Of a stretch of DNA of 64,000 bases, positions 12,023 through 22,800 are shown piece by piece. This stretch comes from Phoronis australis (taxonomy: Eukaryota > Animalia > Phoronida). The notes beneath the pieces were generated by a model that was given only the letters and a program-made list of their open reading frames with translations, made no database searches and was not told the origin of the DNA. Where the stretch lies: positions 3,825-67,824 of the forward strand of contig NMRA01000172.1 of the NCBI GenBank assembly GCA_002633005.1, given 5' to 3'. Numbering within the stretch: position 1 is the first letter of the stretch; every line of letters begins with the position of its first letter. The translations under genes were made by a program, and so were the position numbers.

Positions 12023-15000
12023 ATGACTTGCTGCAACTCTTGTCGGATATTTTTCGCAGTGATCCTCAGTGCATTTCCTTTGATTTTCGGAGGAGAATTG
12101 TTTAGGCATTCTCCAGCAGGTGATCTCGGAAACTTGACATGGCACATTGACGTCCCACAAGATTTTCGAGTCAAAGTCACAGTTTTGGTGTTTCGCGTGA
12201 GTGTTGAGTACGCATGTCGTAATGTGTCTCTGAAACTGACGTCTACAAAACGTTCGACAGAATTTCTCCCCGATCCTTGTCAGAACGCCTTAGGACGCCA
12301 GTGGATTTCTAATTCTACTGTTACAGTTGTGCTGTCGAAAAACAAAACTGATGTAGATGTGAAAATATTTGCTAGGTATATATTAGAACAATCGAAGTAC
12401 GATGGTGATGACGCTTGTATCCACGTCATCACCTCTAAAGGAGGCGAATTGCATCTAAATACTAGTGTGTTTCTCAACATCATTAAGACAGAAGAATTGG
12501 CTTTGAAAAAAATCAAGTGTGAGTGGAATTTGGAAACAAATGAAGGTACCATTGTGACACTTTCGATCACTGAATTTCAGACACGTTATTTTGGAAGAAA
12601 CTGCACAGACGACAAACTTATTGTGCGTGATGGGAAAAGTCATGACTCTCCAAAGCTGGGAACATATTGCGGGAAGAAATCGCCGTGGTTCGTCAACGCG
12701 TCGTCTTCACATATGTCTGTACTTCTGTTCATTGGTTTGTCTGAAAGCGTCGCATTCAGGGCTCAATATTCCCAGGTGCCCAAGAAGTCCATTTCACCAG
12801 TCTTTGGCGTTTACACTATCTACGTTGAACACGGGACTAAGTATCCTATGCAGGCGTATTCTTTGCCCTCGGAAAGTACCCACGTATATCAGTGGCATGT
12901 CACCACCACGTACGGTCGTCTGCTACAAACGGATGTAACGACATTCTCAGTCCGCAAGGTGGCAGTGTACGATGCTCCATACTCGGTGTCGGCAAACGAG
13001 ATACGTCCATTGATGTCCAAAAAATTCGCAAATGGTGTTATGTCCTTTAGATACATCTCTAAGTACTTTCAATCGTTTATGGAAGTACAAGTGCAATCAG
13101 AACAGCTCGAAGCGTCGTTCAACATAACGTTCAGCTCAATCAGAGGAAGCTTCAAGAGTTGCGGAGATGTTAGCTCTGTCACTAAACAATACTCTTTGGT
13201 CACGTTGTATCCACTGAATATCGTCATCAATAGTGGAAGCGGTGGACAGTGTCAGTGGTTTTTCAGAGCTACACATGTGCATAGATATCTTCAATTTCTA
13301 CTTGAAAGTTTGAGTCTCGAATCCATTGATAATTGTGCTTATGAGGGCCTTTTATTATTTGATGGGGCAAGTACGTCGGCGCCATCTTACGGACCCTTCT
13401 GTAGAAACTCTGGAAGAATTCAAAGTTTTGTTACAAGTACTAAATACCTCACCATTTTATATTACTATGCTAGTGATCTAAGGATTGCTAGAACTGTACT
13501 TAACGCTAGCATCGAGGAAACCTCTTGTAAAGGTTTTGTCTTAACGGAAGAAAGTACTATTTTCAATGCAACTGCGGGGTGTTATATATTTCAAAGAATT
13601 CCTCAACTCGTCCAGAAAAGAAACCACTATGTTGGATTTACAATAGAACCTGACTGGTATTCTGTCGAAGTTACTATCGAAATGTCGGACTTTGCATGCA
13701 GAAGCAGTGAAACATTCACGTGTTCGGAGTATATCATGATAGATAGCTCAGCTATGCCGTTTTGTATTGGCTCCATAAGGTCTCTGCGGTTTGTTGTCGG
13801 AAGACCACTCGATGTTTACAACGTTCTTTCATTTGTATCTTTTTGCAGTTGGTCAAACGCCGCTTTCTCAGCTAAGGTTTCCATCAGCACACTGGTTAGT
13901 CCCATAGAGAATGAGTGCGCAAAAGGCAGCAATAGTCATCTTACGTTCGCCAAATTGTTGTGGACATGCGGATATCTGGAATACCCGCAAGGAAAGTACA
14001 CACTGATCTTTGGTCTATCTTTTAACTCAAAGTGCAAGACGCAGCAGTCAAACCCATCACATTACAATCTGATATTTCACCGAGCTGGCTGTGATACTTC
14101 CTTAACAATAACGGACAGAATCTACAGTGATGCTTGCCAACCCACAGTGACAAATTACTACCAAATTCATTTGTTAGATTATTGGTACCGTCTCCGATGC
14201 TCAAGAAGTGAATTTTTTCAGGTGCCCACTATTGGCGCAGATGCAGTAAGGATACCATTTACGACAAAGTACAAATTTGCAATTGAATATAACCTCGTAC
14301 TGCAACCAGCTGTAGACATGGATAATCACAATAAATGTAATTCTGGGTACGTGTTGCATAGAGGATCATGTTATAGGCATTTTTCCGCTGGAACGTGGGC
14401 GGATGCAAACAAGCGGTGCAAAGCCGAAGGTGGTGAACTTCTGAGTATCTTGGATGAGGACGAGTATGCGTTTATACTTGAGTGCATGCAGACAATTTGG
14501 AAAAGAGATATTTACAAAGAACCTCACGCCGCTATCTTTATTGGACTTTACTACAATTCAGCTGGTGACTTGAAATGGACCGATAACAATCCTCTCACGT
14601 TCACACGGTGGTATACTCCAGGAAATGATGCTCCGCCATATACAGCACGTGATTTTGACCAGGTGATCAACATCAACAAAGGACAGCCACTCAATGAACA
14701 GTCTAGTAGTTGCACATTGATGATTGTGCGCAATCCTTATGTTGGGGGAAGTTGGTTTAGAATCCCTTGTAATTACGGTTTTCGTCATACCAGAGCCATA
14801 TGTAAACAGACAGCACGTAGCACTCGCAACAAGCTGTCCTCAGTCACAGCGCTGTCGAGATTCGTCAGGAAACCCCAATGTTCGCAGGATTGGACGTTCG
14901 CGAATGATTCTTGCTATCGCCTCGTTACTAGCTTAACAAATGTTAATACCAAATTGGGGTTCTGGAGAGCCGTGGCTATGTGCCAGGCTATAGACAACGC

Positions 15001-18000
15001 TTCCATCGCTGTGGTCAGCCAAGATAATATAAATGACATTCGGTATCTTTTGCAACTGTGGAAACACAAGCCCGAATTCGGCGCTATACGTGTTAACGGA
15101 ACGTTTGGTTCCACTTGTTTATTAATATCTAACACGCCAGACCCTAATGTCGATGAAATTTGGAGATCGCTTCTTTCACGACTGAACGGTAAAGAGGAAA
15201 TTCACCACTGGGGTATAACGAGATTTCAGTGTCCTGACACGTTGATGGACGATGCCGAGCCTCCACGGTTGCTGAATGTTCTATGTAGAAAGCCGACTGC
15301 GCTTCCGACGGAAGAGTGTCCAAGTTGGTCCCAAATGAGGTGCGGCGACGGAACCTGTATCTCCGTTAGTAGTGTTTGTGACAAGTCACGCGATTGTTTG
15401 AATGGAGAAGACGAGAAAGACTGCATCTTGGTAGAACAACAGGGATATTACGTGTAAGTACTCAGCAGAGATTTAAATAGTATTCTGAAAATGTAAAACA
15501 ACTTTTGGAATTATTCGACCAAGCAGCAATTCGTGCTTGCGGAACTCTGTTGCCTTTTCTCTCTGCATATATCGGGTCTGTTTTCTGAAAAAGTTTAGTA
15601 TGAATGCTATTAACGGTGATATAATGTGCATGACACAAAATGAGATAAAGTGCTTCTACATTTATTCATTATTTATTATTTATTCATTTAATAATGTAAT
15701 ATTTACAATGAGGGTAGCCCCATCAGTTCACACTGCTTTCCATAGGGGCCCCTCAGTAAAAACATACCGACAGTAAGAATAGCTACACCTACATAACTCA
15801 GAAGAGTGAGGGTAGAGATAGGGGAATCAAAAACATTTTAAAAACGGTATTTTCTACATGTTCATGCTTTCATGAAATTCTTTCGCAGGCAAACTATGTA
15901 TTTTTTGCAGTTGTAACGATGGTAGCTCTGTGCCCATATCGTCCTACTGTGATTACGTCAACGACTGCCTTGATGGAAGTGACGAAAGAAGTTGTAAATA
16001 TCCTGAGTGTTCCGACGCACAGTTTACGTGCAAATCTCGACAGTGCATCTCAAAAGACAAGATGTGCGACTTTACAAAAAACTGTTGGGACGGCAGTGAC
16101 GAGTTTGAAAGCACTTGTCGCTGGATGGAACGTTGTGAGCAGCTTAACGGATTTAGATGTTTGTCTGGGTATTGCATTGATCCGAAGTTAAAGACTGATT
16201 TAAGATATGACTGTCCAGGCCAACTGCAGGAGGACGAGCACTTCCTTAAACAGGACTGTTTTCGTGGAGTTTTTGAAACGTTACAATATGGCTCTCTTAT
16301 GAGTTTTTCAAATGTTCGCCCATATTGTTCGAAAGACAACGAAGTTCGATGCTTGCACAATCATCCGTCATGTTTCAACAGAGGTCAAACTTGCATTTTT
16401 GATGGGTTCAACGGGTGTGGCGATTACAGTCATCTTAAGGACTGTGAAAACTTCACCTGTCCTGGACACTTCAAATGCCCTTTCAGTTATTGTATTCCGA
16501 AACACAGAGTATGCAATGGAGTGTGGGATTGCAATGGCGGTGTGGATGAAACCGATTGTTCCATCTATTCTTGTCCAGGTGAATTCAGGTGTCGCGGAGA
16601 ACGTAGGTGTTTGGAACAGAGACTTGTTTGTAATGGTGTTGTTGACTGCAAAGACTTTGGAGACGACGAAAAGTATTGCGATTTGAATACGCCATGTCCT
16701 AGAGGGTGTAGCTGCTTAACTTATATTCTTTCTTGTGTTAACACGTCTCTAGCGGTTGTCCCCCGGGGCTTTATTAATGTGCGCGTGATCAAATTTCCAG
16801 GCAACAGAATTGTGATCAGTAATTCCACATCACTTAGGTATCCATATCTAGGCAAGCTAGACTTGTCGTATAACCAGCTAAAGTATTTGCCAGCATTCAC
16901 CTTTCGAGGGCTTCCGAACTTGTTTGAACTGGTCCTAACGGGGAATATGCTGCGTTCTCTGAGCAAGAACATTTTTGATGGATTAGCACTTTCGCTCTTG
17001 GATCTCCGAAAGAATAGGCTCGCAACAATTTCTGCGGACGCGTTTGTAGGGTTGCAAAGTGTTGAGATTCTACGATTACAAGAAAATGACGAGTTCCTTT
17101 TCATTGATAAACCAGTCCTTTTTAATTTAAACGTGTCGACATTACTCACTGACAACTTCCGGTTTTGCTGTTCAGTGAAAACCTCAGTTAACTGTTCGCC
17201 AAAAAACGACCAATTTTCGTCGTGTTCGGATATGATTGCCAACTCCTTCCTGAGGGTGTCCTTATGGGTTCTTGGTACATTTGCTTTCGCGGGTAACTTA
17301 GCTGTTTTTGTTTGGAGATTAAAAACGGATAGAGATAAGCCCAATTCCGTATTTTTGATCAATTTAGCACTGTCAGACTTGATGATGGGAGTGTATATGA
17401 TCGTAATTGCCTCTGTCGATATGTATTACGTTGCCATTGGTGATTATTATTTACATGATCCAATATGGCGCAACAGCTTCCTTTGTCAGCTCTCAGGGGT
17501 GATATCATTTGTAGCATCAGAAATGTCAGTCTACGTGTTGGCTATCATCACCATAGATCGTGTCGTTGCTACAGTTTTCGTATTTAAAGTTCCACCTTTG
17601 ACAAAGGGTATTGGCGTTGCCTTAATGGTGATTGGTTGGCTTGTTTGGGCAGCTATGGCTTCCCTTCCGTTTTACGTGAGGCACGGTACCTCAAGGAGGA
17701 CTTTTTACGGCGAAACCTCTGTATGTCTTCCATTCACGCTTTCTACTGAGTTTAATTGGATATCTGTTTCCGTTTTTCTTATTTTCAATTCTGTTGCCTT
17801 CCTGGTAGTATTTTTAGGTTATTTACTGATTTATGTCAACGTTAAAAGAAGTGCCACTAATGTCGGTAAAAAGTCTGTTGAACAAGACATCAAGCTAGCT
17901 AAAAAGCTGAGTTTTATCGTATTTACCGATTTTTGTTGCTGGGTTCCTATAACAATTGCTGGATTCCTGAGCCTCAGTGGATATCGGGTTTTCCCAGAAT

Positions 18001-18119
18001 TCTCCGCTTGGGTTGCAGTATTCATAATGCCAATAAATTCGGCGCTGAACCCATATATTTATACCCTTTCTTCATTTAAGGCCTGGAAAAAACGCCAATC
18101 CCAAATCCGCCTCACGTAG
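12023..18119 (+). CDS. GRL101-like: GRL101-like LDLa/LRR rhodopsin-class GPCR with an N-terminal CUB and C-type lectin extension (~1879 aa, 2 coding exons)
   Basis: Exons 12023-15453 and 15911-18119 (GTAAGT...TTTTTTGCAG, phase 2) join as GYYV-CNDGSSVPISSYCD and complete an LDLa repeat. Signal peptide; CUB motifs (CEWNL..., KLIVRDG...LGTYCG; CQWFF...LLLFDG...GPFC); 2 CTL domains; ~8-10 LDLa repeats (DCLDGSDE, FKCPFSYCIP); LRRNT CPRGCSC; LRRs; hinge TDNFRFCC...SSCSDM; 7TM with NLALSD, IDR, FTDFCCWVP, NPYIY. Confidence 0.93.
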
Positions 18120-18237
18120 CTTCTACCAAACTGCGATTGTGCTTTTAAAGAGGCTTTAGAGAATACATCAACACCGTCTTTTTGTTTTGATATGTACATA
18201 ATCAATTATGAAATGTTAGCATGCATCTCCAGTTTCA

Positions 18238-18357
18238 AAGAAAACTTGGAAGTCATCTACAAATTCGTTGTTTTGCCTCACTTTGATTATTGCGACATAG
18301 TTTACAACAGCACCAACAGCGAATCATTGCTTGCACTTGAACGAGTTTAGTATTAAG
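18238..18357 (+). mobile_element. Short LINE (CR1/L2-like) reverse-transcriptase C-terminal fragment
   Basis: Translates as ENLEVIYKFVVLPHFDYCDIVY...LLALERV*, resembling the 'Y...V.PH.DYC..VW...LERVQ' thumb region. Confidence 0.65.
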
Positions 18358-19896
18358 TCAGATATCGTAAGCGGCCGTGGAAGGTAGTATCACGGCATCA
18401 ATGCGACTCTGTTTCAAATTACTCGAATAAAGATAAAAAATAGTCGCATTGGTGTTACAGCAGGCTAATGGAGATGAGTAGTTCCCTCATAAGTTTTAAA
18501 GTGAGTGGACTGCTCACTTAATTAAAATTATTGTGCGGTGAATATTCCAGGGGATTCGGTGGAAAACCCGAGTGGTTGATGCCACTATCCGGGTAGCATG
18601 CTGGTCAGGATCGTCGCTCGTTCACAGTTTTATATACAGTTCGCTGTCATTTTGCTTTAGACCTTAGACGTCGTTGTACATTGATTGTTAAGCCTTATAT
18701 TGCTATGTTGTTTATATAAATTATACGCCAGTTGTTGTAAATGCTCAATATAACTTTTAATTTGTGTGTAAAGTGTATTTTGTGAATGTTTTGTCCCTTT
18801 AGCGTCTTTGGTTTTTCTTTTTCCATTTCAGTTGACGATATCGAAATGGAAAGACTCTGTCGTAATGTAAAATGTTTTGTTTCAATGAAAGTCCGTTTAC
18901 GCACGCACAAAGGTATAGACTTTTTTTAAGACGTATAATAAAAAAGTTATATGTGGCGTCTATATATAGCTGTTCAAATGAAAGATCGGACCCTCGCGAG
19001 ACTCAATCACGTTTATCAAACTGGACTGTTCATGTTGAGAAACCGTGCTAAAAGTCCGTTCCGTCACTGACCTTCAATTCTGACTTCAACAGGAGCCTTA
19101 TGCGTCCATTTGGTAAAACTCCGAATATAGTTTTATGGACTTGTGTACTTAGTAGGTCTACAGTAGGGTTGATGCCATGGAATGTTCATGACTTAACGTG
19201 TAAGTCCTGAGACTAGGTATGTATTTCGTAATTCATGAGGAATCCAATAAATGGAACAGTGGCCTTGATTTCTAAGGTACAGTTTTTGGGACGGGAGAGG
19301 TGCTCCCTCGGGGGAGTGGGCTTCGCTCCCAATAAACCAGTTTTGGTACGTTTCTATAGTCTAAAAATACAAGTGGATGGAATCAATCTACGTTTAAGTG
19401 AAACCATTAGACGAACAAGCCTACGTAATTTTCCAATGATGAGAAAAACATTTCACTTGGAAATCCTTCAACAAGCATATTGGTTTTGTTTTCACGCATG
19501 ATAAGCTAATCGATCGAAAGATATCCCGTAAACAGGAACACTTGGTAAACTTCCGCCTCGTATGTTATTACGTTCTTTACTCACAGTGTCATCTCAAAAT
19601 CTAATAAATTAAAGCTCCATGTTATTCCCTTCGACGGATGTTTTTGCAGGTTTATCCCTCAAAATCCAAGTTAGACTTTTCTATTCCAAATTGTAAAACT
19701 GCCATGTTCAAAGAAATTATTTGGCTATACCAACTGAAAGCACTTAGAAGCTCTCTATATATACTACGTAACAAGCTTATTGTGTAGAATTATTAACATT
19801 TTACAAGATACAGGTGTTTTGTTATATTTTAAAACACATCACTTATTCACTAATACTCGCATTAAAATTTGTCAGCGTCAAATTCAGTTTATTTCT

Positions 19897-22800
19897 TTAA
19901 AAATGCGATAAAGCTTCGTTCATGCTGCCAAAGTATTTTGAATCAACGAGAAAATGACATAGTTTCGTGGTTGCTCCGATTCTGGATTTATCTGTCGTCA
20001 TCACGGCCAGTGTGAGCAGTAAATCCTTGGAGTTTTCGTACATCAGCTCCGCCACGGTCTTCATTCCTATATTCAGCATCTTGACACCATAGGCCTTAGC
20101 ATTGAACAACATGTGACCATATGCCGTTTTTAACTTCTCTTTGTGCCGGATCAAGTTAAATTCATACGCAACGGCATGTGTTCTGGGTAAAAAGTCCATG
20201 TTACCAGGAAAAAGCTCAACACCGCATCGGAGCTGCGCATGCAGTAATTGTGTATCTTGGCCGTATACCTCCTTAACCAGAGTCGGCCAGCTATTGCCCC
20301 CAGGCCGTGGATTGATTTCGATGAGCTTCGGTGTGGCGTTACCTCCGTCACGAACGAGGTCGACGTTGTACACCCCATGTCGGAGACCTACAGCTAAGCA
20401 GCACTGGTACGCCGCTTCAATTAATTCAGCATGAACCTTGTCGCAATCGCCGCCTGGAAAAAACAGGGAGGTGCTCCAAAATTCCGGAAGAGGGGCAGCA
20501 CCGCGTTCTCCAACAGCGCCGCCAACAAGCTTTCCTTGCGAAATCACCACATCGACTCCATATTTGATCCCTGGCTGATATCCCATGACTAGCACCTGGT
20601 AAAGAAAAATCGCTTGTGAGTCCGTCAGTGGCGCGGAGGCAATTTTCAAGTACAAAAGAATTATTGTTGTATCCCATCGTGGAGTTCAATAACACCAGGA
20701 CCTAGATAGGACCTGGCTTTGAGAAAATATACGTAAGACTTCATGAGATTGCGCGAGTTATTGCCATGTATTTTAAATGAGAGCACTTGGTTTAGTAGAT
20801 TTTTCTCGCAGCTGGACAGCTATTTAAATCTACCCAGATTTCACCCTCGTGGAATGTAATGGTGCAGATCAGCCAATAGACTCGTTGATAATAGTGCCCT
20901 GTAAGCACTTTACTGACAATCATGAAAAAGAAATGATCTACTAACCATAGTAATGTGTTTGGCAGCTTAAAATTCACTATCGGTCTGTTTGGTGAATTAC
21001 TCGAGACCACTTAACGTTACTGTCGTCTAGCGATGACAAACTGACTTAGTAACGAATGGCGCAATTTCTCACCTAACCTTGTTTTGGCCGAAGTTATCCT
21101 TCCAGCTAGTTAATCAACCGTTACTACAGTAAGATGCCTTACGAGATACCAAATAAAGTTGATTATAAATTCATGCCACACTTTGGTGGCTTACGGCGGC
21201 TTCGCCTTGTTTTGTTAGTGTAAGAGCAACATAAGGGTCCAATATCGGCTCAGTACGAAATGAGTGGGGCGCTATATGGAGAATTCAATGTCGTCAGAGA
21301 CACACACTCCGGTAGGGGCTCGAGGTAAACACGGCGCGCGTAGTTCGTCAAATGATACGGGGACTACTAGGCATTCCTCTAACATTCTCTTAAGGTGGAC
21401 GAAGTTGTAGGTTTGAGTTGCTCAGTCACCCAGAGCTACATAAAATGGTCGCTGTGATGGAGAATCAGGGAATAAAGAAGTATTCATCACAGCTGCATGG
21501 CCCTGTGTTAAGTTTAAGGTTACGCGAGACCTCAGAACTGTCCACATTTGGCAAACTTCGAAACATATTATATTTCAGATATAGAGGTGGTTGATCAGAT
21601 TCCAATGCAACTTTCAGACGTGCATTTATCCTCTGGTCTTCAAGCGCTGTTAGGAATTGTTTTAAAGAGTCAGTCGTTTCCACTTTGGAATTATGAAGTA
21701 TGCCACTTTAAGGTGTTTTTATGAAAAAAAGTTACGTAAACAAAAACAAAAGACTAAGTTAGAAAGTTGTAACAATGTTTTTGAGATTTTCTATTGAACA
21801 CTTATGTCAAAACGTACGTTCTACATGTGTTTGGAAATCAGAAAGACTTACCGACTGAGAGAATGAGAGTTTTCTACACGTTGCCGAACCATAAGTCATT
21901 CCGATGGATAATTCGTCGAAGAAATTTAAACAGCTAGCTGTGTTGTAGAGAACCCTGCAACCAACAGAGCCATTTCCACAAACAGGCTTCATGACAATAG
22001 GAAACGTCAACCTGTCTATTGCTCTCAGCAGCCCCTTGTCAGTGTCTACAGCGTAACTGGGTATGCCGTACTGAAAGAGAAAGTCGACACATTCTCCTTA
22101 TTGTCTTACACAAAGTAGGAACAAGTGATTCTGAAGTGGCATTCGGTGGGATGGGCTAAAGGATGAAAGTGGCGCGCCAAAGAAGGTAACAGCTCAAGAA
22201 AAGAGAAGGGTGGTAAACTGTACAGTACAAGAGGGAGGGGAGACTGGATAGAGGGAGAGAATTGAATGTTACAACACGCATACCCAGGTGCACAGACGAA
22301 GCCGAAGGTATTCACCAATGGCGTGTGGCGCACATAAGGTGTGTGGAATCACGGGAAAAGTGAGACAGCGATGTCATTATATAGTAAAGTAGGTCAGTGG
22401 CGGATCTAGGATATCACAAGGGGAGGCCCAACATTTTTTCTGTAAACATTTGGTCCAAGCACGATTGTAGATGTGCAAATCACCGAATGGGGGGGAGGTC
22501 CACGAAATTTTTCTGTTTTTTCTTCTAAAAATCAAGCATTTTCCTTGATTCCCGAAGTATTATCCAAGAAAAAAAAGGTAAAAAAAAGAAAAATACGAAG
22601 AATGTGTCAACCAGCAAAAAGCTTAAGTACCACGGATTCGAACTCACGACCTCACTACTAGCGCGCCCGTGCTTTACCCCTGCACCACCACGACTAACTC
22701 TTACAATTACACTATGAGACCTACTTATTTATGATCCACAGCGTTTGCGCGCGAAAACTCCTTTTTGTAAGGCTTATTACATGCTTTTTTGTGCAATCAG

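Noticed and set aside
15889-15910. Alternative acceptor TTTCGCAG at 15888 for GPCR exon 2
   Set aside because: Out of phase with the GTAAGT donor at 15454; the 15910 acceptor restores the frame and the LDLa pattern.
16721-17362. 213-aa antisense ORF and other ORFs overlapping the GPCR, gag and pol
   Set aside because: Shadow frames of real coding sequence with no motifs of their own.
21240-21683. Possible extra exons of the ATP-grasp gene
   Set aside because: Flanking exons already join in frame with continuous motifs. The segment looks more like a decayed LINE tail but is too weak to call.
22631-22692. Functional tRNA gene
   Set aside because: Acceptor and T stems do not pair and it lies inside a repeat; kept only as a tRNA-like cassette.
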